NCBI GenBank assembly: GCA_051294905.1 | Contig: CM119372.1 | Location: 13,828,001 to 13,892,000, forward strand | Direction: 5' to 3' | From: Botryllus schlosseri | Taxonomy: Eukaryota | Length of the DNA: 64,000 nt | Shown: piece by piece, positions 26,212-39,500 of the stretch | Position numbering within the stretch: the stretch's first letter is position 1 | Layout: the number at the start of each line of letters is the position of its first letter | Translations under genes and position numbers: made by a program | Notes under the pieces: generated by a model | What the model saw: only the letters and a program-made list of their open reading frames with translations | Told to the model about the DNA's origin: nothing | The model's database searches: none

Positions 26212-29200
26212 TCAATAAGGCTGGAATTTCTCTCTCTTGGTTTTTCTCTTCTCTTTGCCGTTTGGGGAAGCTTCTCCCGTGCCGGTAGAGTCGTCGTCAT
26301 CACAGTCAGATACTTTAGGTTCCTGTTCTTTCCTGGACGGAGGTCGCCTCTGGTGTCTCGAGCGACTTGAATGGTCTCTGTCCGAGTGACGCGACCGGCT
26401 CATGAACATATTACGAGCCGACTGCATTGCGGCAGTGAACGAAGCTGACGGGTTGATTCCCAGAGCACCGGGATATGGCCCGGCAAGTCCTTGCCTGCCA
26501 AAACTTACTGGCGACATATACCCCATTAACTGAGCAATCGGTATGGGCTTGTTTGATGGAGATGTATTTAAAGACATCAATGGCCGAGGACTGGAAGAGG
26601 TGGGTTCTTCGTCGGCGGGCGGTGTTGGCTTGGTTTCCTTTGTTTGGTGGGAGAAGAGCTGAATGCTGTGTAGTGGTTTGGACATTGAATGGAGTGTATG
26701 GAAATCCATCAAGCCGCACATCGACCGGGTGAGGAGTAGGCAATGGTGGTTGTTGAAGTTGTTTGGTAAGGTAGCAGGTTGGTACCGGGAAAGAAAACGC
26801 ACAGGTTAACAGGAGTAGTAGCGGGTGATAATTCGAGCTAGAGTATACAGGTGGAGCACGGGTTTAGTGATATTTGTCGACTGCCTTAGCATACCGCATT
26901 GCTTCATCAATGAGAATGAACAGTGAATCACAGAAAAACGCGTAATTTCAAGGCATTTTGAAGATAATGGCAGTAATCAATCCGAAGTGACGAGTAGAAA
27001 TTGAAATTTGACAGGCTTGGACCATATTCAGAATTTCTCGTTTTTTGCATTGGAAACACGCCAATTAGGTAGGGCAGTTGGCGGGGGGACTGAATTCCAT
27101 TCATTAAAGTTCCAATCACATTAACACGGTGCAGTGTAACAAGATTATTGTGTCAGGTTTATTCATCTCAAATACATTACTTCGTGAAAGCGTGCGATTT
27201 ACATTTGCAATTCATCTTGACTTTCTCAACAGTACACACACCATACCAGCACCAGGAGCCTCCTAATGGGATATAGGTAGCCACACAGAACTTGACTTTT
27301 TGGTCATAAAGAAACAGTATCACTTGTTCTAAGCGATAAGAATAGAGTGTACCCGAACGCTAACCACCTTCTAAAGTATCGATAGCTGTGCAACGCAAAA
27401 GAATACAATTTTACAATACAATTATGAGCTGCCGTGGACTGTGCTAGAGACGAATACAACAGGCTCTGTGGTGGAATTTCAGTTCGTTCAGTATTACTAG
27501 ATCACTGCTGCAGTCATTTGTCTGGTCTCGTGCACTATTGTTAGTGTCTTTAACGTAGCACAAGGCTTATCACCCGGGCATTGCCTCATTGATGAAGTAA
27601 TTTACTAATTTTGTGTATTTTCATATGAGCACCTAATATATTGTGGGTAAACGTAGCAATAATCCGGATTGCTACAAGGGTAAACAAGCAAAAAATCAGT
27701 CAAGAGCGGCTGGTACAGATGAATAGGGAGGAAAATGGGATAGCGTGATGTTATACTGATCAGCTGCAAAACAAAAAAGTATCTTGTAGCTTATGTCCAC
27801 CCAAGTAAGACACCAAACCTGGTATTGATTAAATATTGCGCGAGGCTGAGCTCCTCCGGACTTCCGATGATTGTTATCGTACGCTCCTTTTTACTGACTT
27901 TTTCTGTGCTTCTGTCGATGGATATCTGAGCGCCCGACATTGCACGGATTTCATTGATCCGACAGCCCATTTTTCCAATGATGCATCCAATCACCTAAAC
28001 GTAGAGGTGGTCAAAGTAGTCAGTGCTGGTACGCAAGTAGAAGTAACAATGTAATTTTCTATTTCATTGCAAGTAGAAGCAGCTATTTCTAAAACATGTC
28101 GAAACTAGCTCAAGTGGAAGCAGAAAATGCAGGTCTTGATGGTACTTAGTAAATAGTTTCACAAAGTTGATTCGGTAAGGGGTCGAATACTTTCAGCAGT
28201 TAATAAAGTGGGTGTCTGATCTCAAAGACTACTCCAAGTCGTATATTGCAGTCTTGTGGTGTTTTGGAATGATGAAATTTTAATAACTAGCTGAACTGCT
28301 AATTTTGGAACTGCAGGGACTAACGACACACAAATAGGTAAATTTGTCCAGTTCTGTGATGAAGGGGCTATTTTGAACAGTTATGAAAAATAAATTCATA
28401 TTAAGTGATACGAGCATACCCTAAAACTACTTTCTAGTTTACAAAATACAAAGTGTAAAAAGTAAATAGTTTTCCAAAAAATTGCATGTAGAAGTAGTGT
28501 AAAAACAACCACTTACTTGCTACTGACAACCTCCGCAGCAACGTCCAAAATATGAGATAGCACATAAGAGCGACATAAGCATATTTCAAAATCACTTTCT
28601 AGTTTTAGAGCAAAAGTGTTATGAAGTAGCTTACATAGTTTTTCAAAAAACTGTGAACTGTAGTGTAAAACATAATCACTTAATTTAAACATGCAACCAG
28701 GCAAAACCTACTTGGTATGTAATTGTATACCTGAATAGACGACAAAACGCGTCGCATGTAAAAATACATTATCGTTACCTCATTAGACACAGTCATTTCC
28801 TGGGTTTTCGCGTCGACAATTTTCGTGGGGAAATTCGCAAATCCCGATGAGCGTCTCTCCGTTTGCCCGGAGGACCTGTCAAAACTATTGTTATTCAAAT
28901 GAGTGAAATTGCCAAGCAGACTGCCCAGGGTGTCTTCTGTATACGAGCGCATCGTCGCTAAATGCCGCAACTTCGATATCTGCTAAAAAACATTGATTAC
29001 CATCACTACTTTGCACATTATCTCACAAATCACGAGTTTACATCAGGATTGGGCACTGCATAATTGCCTTGCAATGTGTACGCTTGACCCTGGTGATATA
29101 TAACAGGTGGAGTGGCAGGCTGCGGCTTGTAAGGTACTGTCGCGGATTTGGCAGGATACTTCAAAATTAGAAGCAATTAGAAGAATAAAATTGAAGGCAA

Positions 29201-30451
29201 CTTCGGTAACTTACCTGAATCATCACATCACAAAGCATATCAACACAGTGAGCTATGGCAGCTGGCGTGCCGTTCAACGTAACTGCCCTTTCGGTCGAAA
29301 ACGGAAGCATATCAGATTGCACTTGTATTGAACACGCCGAGGTCTATTGAAAATAATCACGTGTGAGCGTTTGTAGCTTGCCTGATACACGGAATCAATT
29401 ACGTCGCGAATTTCCTTGATTTTGCTGCCGCCGCGACCGATGATGGAGCCACATTGACCGGCTGGAACAATCAATTTTAATGTCACAGGAACTTTAGCAG
29501 TGCTTGATGCGGAAACATTTGCATTCATTTCCTGTAATGGGCCATTAGAATAAAGGACAGCACGAAACATAGCGTGAAATCTGCGCTTTACCTGCTCCAA
29601 CTTTTCTGTGATTAGCATAAATCCTTCTTTCACCTGATGCTGATGCCCGGTGATGGTAACGATCCTTTCTGGTGTTCCTGTAGAGCTGGGAATATTGATT
29701 TTCGCTCCGCATTTTTCACGGATACTCGCTATCACACTTCCACCCTAAACAAATTGAAGCGTGAGATGTTTGACAAGGTTTTAGACTTCACTTAAACAGA
29801 TCAAGGATTCCATTCATCCACACAAGTCATACCGTATATATTGTCATATTAATTGCCCAACGTTCACATCACCCACATAATTGACCAGACCAGTTCATAG
29901 CAATTCACCTGTTTCTCAAGTATTTGGGGTATCAATCTACAATAACTCAACATACAAATATGCCTGTAGCTACATTTGAATATTTAGTAATAAATCAAAT
30001 GCTGAATGCAGAAGTAACCCAAGCAACAGTATTCCCAGTCTATAGCATCCTATACCGATTGTATTTTACTCAGCGTTGATGAGTATATCAATCAATATAT
30101 ATAGTGCAAGCACATTTACCATTGCAAGTCTACTTTCCGATTACAATATCTCAATTACAGTGACCCATTTCCACACTCTATCATCAGTGATGGATGACTA
30201 ATGACTATAGCTAAATACACTATTCGGCATAATAACATTTGGCCTGTGTGAAGAAAACAGCATTCACTATAAGCACTAAAACGGAGTTCCCTATTCCACA
30301 GACAATGTCAGTACGATAATAAACAAACCCTCATATAACGTACACACACTTTACAAAGAATTGCATTTACCTTTCCAATTATGGCTCCGATCTCTTTCCC
30401 AGCCATCGACACGCGTATTGTTATGGTTACATCAGCTTCGCTGGTGGTCAT
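26212..30451 (-). CDS. PCBP: Poly(rC)-binding protein (PCBP / hnRNP E / mub-like), three KH domains, long PCBP4-like C-terminus
   Basis: Phase-consistent exons: 30371-30451 (MTTSEADVTITIRVSMAGKEIGAIIGK), 29592-29744 (GGSVIASIREKCGAKINI..PERIVTITG), 29403-29531 (VPVTLKLIVPAGQCGSIIGRGGSKIKEIRD), 29215-29343 (..QVQSDMLPFSTERAVTL), 29042-29158 (YPAKSATVPYKP..GQAYTLQGNYAVPNPD), 28779-28979, 27819-27994 (VIGCIIGKMGCRINEIRAMSGAQI..LSLAQYLINT) and 26212-26665 (..KREKFQPY*). Minus-strand AATAAA at 26196-26201. Confidence 0.93.
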
Positions 30452-31149
30452 GTTCAAGCATTGACTGCAGACCAGAGAATGCAAATTCTATTTAGTGCTA
30501 CTGGTACGCCTTATATCAGTATCGTCTGGGATGAATAATAAATAATTTACTGATGTACTGTTCAACTAGCATTGATTGAGATATACATGAAAATGTTGGC
30601 ATTATCTTCTGATCCACCGAGTATAATTTGGTATAGGTACCACATACCATTGTTAAAATTGTCCAGAGTCAAAATTGGTAGCCATAACTCCAACACATAG
30701 AATAAGAGGCAGATTATAGTGACTGTAGGTTGAATTATTTTTGTATTTTCAAATTTCGTGATAAAGAACACAATCGTACGAGAGGTGTGTTATATCTAAG
30801 GGGAGGAAAAACTCTCATTGATCAGAGAAATTGCTGTATGAAATTTTCCTTGATGAGACGCTTCAGATATTCACTCAATCCAAGTGTGTTGCTGACTTTA
30901 ACATCCACTAACAACGAATCTGGGGGAACAGATTCTTCGTGGGATTTAGTTCAGAAAAGATAACTCAGCATTAGCCAGTAGGTCCTTACATGATGGTCTA
31001 CAGACTTATAAAATGTTTGAATGTGTTTATGCTGTGCTATGCACTTTTAAACTTCTAGGCACTTCTTCGTTATTCCCCACACATCGAGAAGTGATCCCCA
31101 CGAAATCAATAAATGTTTCCCATGAACATGTGAAAATTTAGGAAAGTTT

Positions 31150-31485
31150 GGGTAGGGTAGACCGTATACGGATATTAGGGATGGGGGCGGGGTATTAGGG
31201 TTGGGTTAGGGTCAAGATTGGGGTTAGGATATCCTAAGATTAGGGTTGGGAAAAGGGGGTATCAGGGTCAAGGTTGGGGTTAGGATATCCTGAAATTAGG
31301 GTGGGTTAGGGTCAAGGTTGGGGTTAGGATATCCTAAGATTAGGGTTGGAGAAAGGGGGTATTTGGGTGGGTTAGGTTCAAGGTTGGGTTTAGTATATCC
31401 TAAGATTAAGGTTGGAAAAGGGGTTATTAGGATGGGTTAGGGTCAAGGTTGGGGTTAGGATATCCTAAGATTAGGGTTGGGGGTG
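31150..31485. repeat. G-rich tandem minisatellite with telomere-like TTAGGG motifs (about 45-70-bp units)
   Basis: About 5 copies of TTAGGGTCAAGGTTGGGGTTAGGATATCCTAAGATTAGGGTTGG..AAAGGGG. Confidence 0.85.
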
Positions 31486-33183
31486 AGGCTCAGTGAGCCA
31501 GGCCACATAACCACATTCATAAGCAAGCTCGAGGGAACCACGTGCAGCCCATAGACATGAGCACTGGGCAGCAGATCCACCACCACTGGCATGGATCTCA
31601 AATCATTGACACACAAACGGATCTTATCATTGGGATGCATGGAGGTGCAGACACAGATTCATTTCATTGGCTTATCAACGTTCAGTTCAAGTAGGATAAG
31701 TCACTCACAATATAAAGTGGAATTGGTGGCAACAGAAAACCCTGCAGAAGTTTACGTTTAGTTACCTGATTATCCTATGTAAAGAAACCCTTCGGCCACG
31801 TGCAAGTTATATTGCCGAAAACATTCACTATTTACAGACTGACTCACAATAACTGGTATCATTTTATATGACCGATCGTATATAAATTGTTACCTATAAA
31901 TAATGAGGAATTCAAATCACTCAATCAGGCAACAACAGGCAATTTGGAAAGCAATTATGTGACGATTAAGATGATGCATGAAGGGAAATATACTATAAAC
32001 TACCCGATGCGCACCGTAGTCCTGATGCAATTTCACAATGCTTAAGCTAGCTGGAACTTTAGATACGTAAGACGAAAACAAAGTAGTAGATTCATTGCAT
32101 TTTCAAAGGTTTCACCCACACGCCTAGGGCTTTCCTCGTTCAAAAGTCACTACGAACAAGTGCACAGTCACAAAACCACACTCCGGAGACTCCGCCGCCA
32201 GCGCATACTGCATAACTGCAGACTGCAGACGGGAGCTGAAATCAAACACTGAACCGATCATAGAACCCGACAAACGTTTCACGTCACTGCACACAGTGCA
32301 TGCTGCTAGTATTTTAACACCAGCTCGAAGCTCGCCACATAAAACTCGCCGAACGGTAGCAAAGTTGCCGCACTGGATCCGAAATTCGACGTTCGGGCGG
32401 CCTGATTTCGAATGAAACTTGTTTGCCGCAAAGCATAATAGTTTGTGTGACGTCAGATCTGTAGATTTGTAATGTTTCCCAAGCAACCGGCTGTGTGATC
32501 GGCTGCCTTCCTAGTTCAAGTAGTTAACATGACTACCTGAATCCGAACTTGGCACATGTCAGGAGGCAAAGGGCAGCTATTGTCAACTCGACATAGTTTT
32601 CGCGATGGTGAAGATTGGTAGGTCGAGGGGAAATGTACATGAAGTCCAAAAAGTCGTCAACGGAAATATTAGGTCCTGTGGCGCCGGCGACTCGGTAGAG
32701 GTAAGACAGCGAAGTCTCCAATACTTGGGTTAAATATATGCCAAATGCACAATACACGGCATTCATTGCCCGCTATACTTATTCCATGATTTTGTCCGCC
32801 TATAGGTAGATTTTTCGTTACTGTATTTAGAATTCGATTCGATTGGACTATAACTAGATCAGTGGTTCCAAACATTTTTCGACTCATCGCTCCCTTATCA
32901 ATTTCAACACAAATCCCCCACATTTATGGATCCATGAAAGCGTCATACGCCGAATAAGCCATCGTCACACGCATTTTCGCCGTTTTAATTGAATATATCT
33001 CACTGGACGTTCTAACATTTTCACCCCCTATCGCCCCTCTGGTATTTTCGCCCTCGTGTTTCTCAAAATCGTCCACTGGGGGGGGGGGGGGGGGGGTGAT
33101 ATCGCCCACATTAGCAGGGTGTTTTTCGGAAATGATATTGTTTTTCTCCAGCCTTGCGTTGATTGCATCACCATGTTCTCATA

Positions 33184-33470
33184 GGTGGCTAGATAGCGTA
33201 GTGGTATAATCCACAGCTACAACATCAATGGGTTGTGGGTTCGAGTCCGACCGAGGTCGACTCCAGAATTCCTACCTAAGTGTTGGAGGTTTATCTAGGC
33301 TCCTCCTCGCCATCTCATCCGCGCAAACGGTGTCTTAAAAGAACGGACGCGGGCCGTGCTACAGGTCGGCAGCTACGAAATCAAATAATAAGAAATATCT
33401 GCCCGTGTAAATGACCATTCTAGTCGACAAACACCATGAATACACCACGAACAAACAAGCAAACAAACAA
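33184..33470 (+). mobile_element. tRNA-derived SINE, full length
   Basis: A box TAGCGTAGTGG (33194-33204), B box GGTTCGAGTCC (33238-33248), (CAAA)n tail, 11-bp TSD ACCATGTTCTC. Homologous copies at 46891, 60881, 51436/53726 and 62300. Confidence 0.88.
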
Positions 33471-33571
33471 ACCATGTTCTCGAGTAACACGGATCGGATA
33501 ATTACATCTTCTTCACGCATTGGAGGTTACAGCCAGAGTAGGCTAACTTTCTTACACAGGTAAAAGCGACG

Positions 33572-36500
33572 ATGGATACTGGTGTGACCTCTGCTCGAAG
33601 CGTAGTTAGTGAAGACTGGTCCGGATCTACAATTACATATCCGGAGCTAATGGAAAACGCACTTTTGGAAGCTGACCGTGTGCTAACTAGGTAGGCCTAC
33701 ATATACTTTAACCTTGTGAATAAGGCTATACGAACAACACTACACTGAACGCAATTATGCACGGGGAATCGCATATTTCCGTTTTAAAGCATGAATTCCA
33801 AAGGATAACGGCCATGCAGAATAAAGTTGGAGCAGTGTCCCGCAGAAATGAATGGTTACGACAGTGACTTGGCCTATACGCGTATGTTTCGGTTCAATCC
33901 CCGAAGACCTGATAAGTAAAATTTATTTACGTGGCTTCTCATAAGTTCGGGGATAGCATGGAAGGGTTATGCAAGGCGTAGATAAAGCCTTACAAGGCAA
34001 TTTCTGTACCTTCCTTGTCCAGCGACATACGCACTCATCATGGCGATGCTATATTAGGATGCATGGGTCGGCGCCGCAAAAATATCAGGAACAAAAATAA
34101 AAACGTCTTATTCCCTACTGAGTTTTTTTTATGTTTTAATGCACATTTATTTGAAAGTAAAATTTTTTAGACCTGTATCTGTTGAAAGTATACGAATTTC
34201 TGAAATTATTGTAGTCCTTTCATATGTAGTTTCGTGGAAATCCAATAAGTGAAAAACGCTTCAAATTCGAATTCCTCATACAGTGAAAGTTTTTCGTAAA
34301 TATTCCTGCTAGCAACTATCTTTCATAAAAGCATCAGTAGCTTTAGCAATCGCAGGCCTTGTCCTGATACGCTACAACATATTTTCGCAGATACCTTCAG
34401 GTATTCAACAACAGAAAATCCACTCAGTCGACCAATAGTGTCAGAGCAAAGATCGTAAATTATCTCAAGGCAAGTATATTTTTATATCGTATTTGTAGAA
34501 TTTATCAATCTTTTATCATTAAATTATTTTCAGGATGCGATACAAATTTTGAATGACTACAAACACATCAAGCTCACGGAGTCTCTGAATCTCAAGCTAT
34601 GCAGCATACAAAGTAATTATAATTTGCGAATACAAGCAATTACTACTAAATGAATATTAGTCCCTCCTCAAGATTACAGGAACACGAGTGACCTATCGAT
34701 CTTGCCTTCCATGACATGCCACCCATTTCTTGTCGCTTGCTTTTTTCTATACTATCTTCTTTACTTTTCGTTCAGTGTGCATGCCTCCTCTTTACATCGC
34801 CTAGGCGAAGGTGGGTGTCTGATTCCATAGACTAGGCCTACTCCACTTCGACGCCTTCCTATCTTTTCATTGTATCGAATTTTTGTGGTGTATTGAACTG
34901 ATAAAATTGCTAATAAACCAACGATGATGATGATGATGAATATCTCCCTTTCTCTCTATACATATTTATTACACATATATAATTTTAAATATGATAGACA
35001 GTCGAACGGTTTGAAAATTGATGCTTTCTGCATCGTCCCGGGTTTCGCAAATATTTTTCGATTTCAATACCAAACTCACTGACAGAAGTCGCATGTAATG
35101 TTCAATTAGGGTTGTATTTAACATGTTCTAAACAAACGTACTCTCAAAATTATTTTCCAAAGTTCTATGAATATTTAATATTCGTCTGAATATTTCAGAA
35201 AAAACATGTTGTATGAACATTGACCATTCGAACGACTTACACTATAAATAGCCATATGCCACCTCATTTTGTCGCTTGCTTTTCATAATTTCCGGTTTAC
35301 TTTTCATTCAGTGTGCACTGTGCAGTGTGCATGCCTCTTCTCTACTTCGCCTAGGCCAAGGTGGGTGTCTGATTTCAAAGACTACTCCAAGTCGTTTCGA
35401 CACCTTCCTATCTTCTCATTATATCGCAGTTTTGTGGTGTTTTGAAATGATAGAAATATTATTAAACTGATACTGATACTGAATGATTGAAACCCTCGAC
35501 ATCGCCGTAGGTTCTGGTCCTGGTCAAAGATATTTTTGGGCCAGTGTACGACAGGGGTAGGGAACCTTTTTCGTCAAAAGAGCCACATTGGAACCTATTT
35601 AATCAATTGTATAACCCGAAGAGTCATATAACAGGGTCAGTCAACTGTGATTCATCAATTGATGATTTATTAGGACATGGGGCACAAGATATAAGATGGC
35701 TACATGGGATTCATTGTGTAGGCCCACGTCATGTGTTATAGAAACGAGTGTGATGTAATAGCACCGCATTATCCATAGATGTAGCCAGACTTCGTGGTGT
35801 CGTGGGGTGATCAGTACATTCGGCGACCTGACTGTCACAAATCCACTTCCCACTAAATACCCAACAGTTCAAACGGTTCGTTCCTTGTATTTTACACTCC
35901 CGTGAAATGGCGAACCTGATGAAGATGTATTACAGGAAATGGACGTCGACGAATAGGCAAGGCACCGTGCGACTGTTTTGAGTTGTGTGACTAAAAATCT
36001 AAAGACGGGGTTTAAAAGGCTATGTTTGAAACATGCTTGTTGTTCATTTTTTGTTGTTGTTGATGCAACCCTATATGCAATGCTAATGGCGTTAACGTTA
36101 CTATTACTGTGGCGGTACATCCACCTCGCGCTTGATTGGATGCCTCCACGGAATATATTGATCCTGGGATATCTAGATCTATTTTAGATATCCCTGCATT
36201 GATCACGCAATCACGTACCCGAACTCAACCGTTTAAAGTACCAGATATCTCCAACATATCTTATCAACGTAAGCTACATATTAGCTACAATCAATTGTTA
36301 CACCTCAGTCATCGCGCGGATTATACTCATCGCGGACAAATTTCTCAGAATTACATTTCCCTTGAAGTCGCTAAGATGAAATTCCGTCGGTTCTTGTCTG
36401 TGTTTAAATTACATCAATTCTGTGAGAGATATATAACATTTATGTTTCTCTTTCTGCGAGAGAGTGTTTGATCCGAGTGTCAGAGTTACCTCTCATCTAT

Positions 36501-39500
36501 AACTATTGCTTTACATATATATTCGGATTACTGTCGCCACGAGAACATTTTTCATATGTAATGTAAATTTCAAAACTGTTTCATCTCTTCAAAAGGTCCC
36601 GACGGCGAGAGATTGTATAGATTACAACAGATCATGGAGTTGAATGAATGTTCTGCGGACGCGATGACGAAATACATCATTCAAGCTACTGAACGGTTGA
36701 AATGCGACTTTGCGTGGCTTTCATCTGCGAAAGATACGAACTGCAAGCGATCGGGTCAACTGTATTCTAAAGTACCTACGGTACTCGTATTCGGTATGAT
36801 GGGTTGCTCGTCACTAGAGAGTGGGTAGGCCTATGCGAGTGAACTTGGACAAATTAACTCGAGAGAAGTGCAACATTCCTTGCTTACCCAATTTCAATTT
36901 CCCGATGACAGTGAATGTAATATACCAAACATCTTTAACATGCCGAATTCGATGCAATGTAGGCCTATATACCGCATTTGCACTGCATCAATTCCACAAT
37001 AAAGGATGTATAGCCGAATATACCAATTTGGGACAGAATAAGTCAACAATGAAGTGACGTCAGATATAGGCCTATATTTAGGAAGCAAAACTACCCTCTC
37101 TATATAAGCCTGCATCTAGGGTTGTATTTAAAACAAAAATCAATTCGAAACAAACATGTTTAAAACAAGGCCCTAATTTTAAACATGTTTTTTATGTTTT
37201 TTTTAAAAAAACGTGACGCCATGAACATTCATTTGTGACGTCATAGTGTTTTGACATTAACAATTGAAAATATAGGGTAAAAATAGATCCTTTGACGAAA
37301 TATATGTACTATTGCCGTTGAACCGACTATTTTGAGGGTTCCAGCCATCCTATATCGATATACGTCGGCTATATCGGGTGTTAATTGTATGTAGCCTCAT
37401 ACAACATGTTTTTTTGTAAAGTATAGACTCAATTATGGCATAATTTTACAACTAAAAAAAAAAAATTAATTTTTTTTTTTTACAACACAGTTTAAAAGAT
37501 GTTTTAAACAAAGTGTTTTAAAACACCGTTTGTTTTAAATGCAACCCTATCTATATCTTGGACTGTGTTGCCTAAAGTACGCCGCGCTTCTGCAACGACT
37601 ATTCCGAGAGGTTATCAGTAACGAAGTAGGCGTACTTGAGCCTTTTCCGAGTATTCAAGTACATTTTGCCTACATGAACTATACTTGACCAAAAGATTAT
37701 ATGTTTAGACTATTTCCACTTCTACATATATATTTTTACTTTTTTTCTTATTTGGGTAGCAACGCCACCCCTTCAAACACCCCTGGCTGCCACAAACGTT
37801 ATTTGCTACGCGTGTTTAACTTATGTGAGCACGTCTTTGAATTTCAAAACCAGTGACACGTCTCCTATATTCAGATACTAATCCAAGAGCCCTCACGTGG
37901 GCTAGTCCCGATCCTGACAAAGACTCTGTTAGTGACTCGATTCAACACAAGGGCAGCAAGACGTGCGAGGAAACCACCTTTACACGCAGTCGCTCTTGGA
38001 CGGAGCTTCTGGACGCGGACTGCGACAACTTTGAATCGCCGCGCGAGAGGTTCGCCCGAAAAATTAAAGAGCACGGCTTTGATTGCGACGGTCACGAGGG
38101 CGATAAGTCCAAGCACATAAGCACCGACGAATTGTCCACCAATCTGCTGGCGGCGATCGGAACTGTTCGGAGGAAAGTAAGAAAGGAGTGAGTTGGCTTT
38201 CTATAACTATGAGACTGATACGCGAGGTTTACGGACCAGAAATCTTGTTACCTATAACAGTTGACGCGAGTACATAGGCTATGTTAGTGGTTCCAAACCC
38301 AACATGGGCAATATCGCCCTCCATGCAGTGGGCGATTTTGAGAAACAGGGGGCTAAGATAACAAAGCGGCGATTGGGGGGCGAAAAAGTTCAGTCAGATA
38401 TACATAAATTCCCCGGTAACCGGATACCGGCACAAAAGACACGCGAAAAACGGGTTATTCTGGAACAACCGCGAAAGTTGACTGAATAAAGGTTTCTCGC
38501 ATCCGAAAATATGGGGGCGATAAATATATGTCGAGCTTGATATGGGGCAAAGGTTGGAAACCACTGGGCTATGTGATCGCTGGCACTAACCTGGACGTGA
38601 CTGGAGATAAATACAAGGCATTGATGAAATATCACTTTTCGTGAAATTTGGACCATATTATAGTTATGGTTAGATGTCTTGATGAAACCGTGAGATATGA
38701 TATCACTTTCACGATAACCCGATTGTGCCGGACCGATTCCTAATTGTGCATATAGTTATATCGGAGGAGTTGCAGAAATATTATTTCTATTCGAGTCTCG
38801 TTCATCTCTCGTTGAAAAGGTTTTTATTCCATACGGAAGTATGGCTCATAATTGCATGTCACAAAATCGATTTGAAAATCGACTATACTAAGTCACGTCG
38901 ACTCCTTCCTATCTTTATCGCAGTTTTGTGATGTTTTGAAATGATGAGCTTTATAATAAACTGCAAACCGAGCGAACGTGTAATGACTAATGAGCCAAAT
39001 CTAATGCGGTCTCGTACTCGACCAGCAGATGCTTGTATAGGATCGGAAAATTTGCAAGAACGTTGCAGATGCGATGTCTAAGCTGCCATTTCTAGTTTAG
39101 TGCGAATTCATCAATCGCTAGATTGCTGACTATATTGAGAAATTGCTGTAAATGAATAGAATGACGTTTATCATGGATTAATCTTCTGCAGGGTTTACGA
39201 CTCCTTGTCTCGCCAAGACAGAACTTTAGCTATGAGATTGGATCTAATGAAAAGCTTGCGTCCGCATCGATTAATACACATTCTCCTCCGTGCCGCGAGG
39301 CGGTTTTTGTCGAGAACAGATGGTAAACTTCTTTCTCCGTGCTCTTCAACGATGGCGGACATACTACTCGCGACGATGACATCCTATGGAGCAGAACACG
39401 TGAAGGCCTACCTCAAGGCGTGTGCAATTATGTGCGCATAAAACGACTTTATGACGCGTAATTTCGTCTTTTCTCCATTTTCAGAACGTCCTCGCAGTTT

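Noticed and set aside
26411..26840. Alternative-frame ORF (MPTPHPVDVRLDG...) as the PCBP last exon
   Set aside because: The acceptor at 26666 gives the frame ending in KFQPY next to a poly(A) signal; the other frame has no recognisable similarity.
29042..29158. Apparent frameshift in the PCBP linker exon
   Set aside because: Re-reading gives a continuous frame (PPVIYHQGQAYTLQGNY); there is no shift.
31150..31485. True or interstitial telomere
   Set aside because: TTAGGG occurs only within longer composite units, not as a pure tandem hexamer tract.
33184..33255. tRNA gene
   Set aside because: A and B boxes are present but there is no proper cloverleaf. It is followed by a shared body, simple-repeat tail and TSD, so it is a SINE head.
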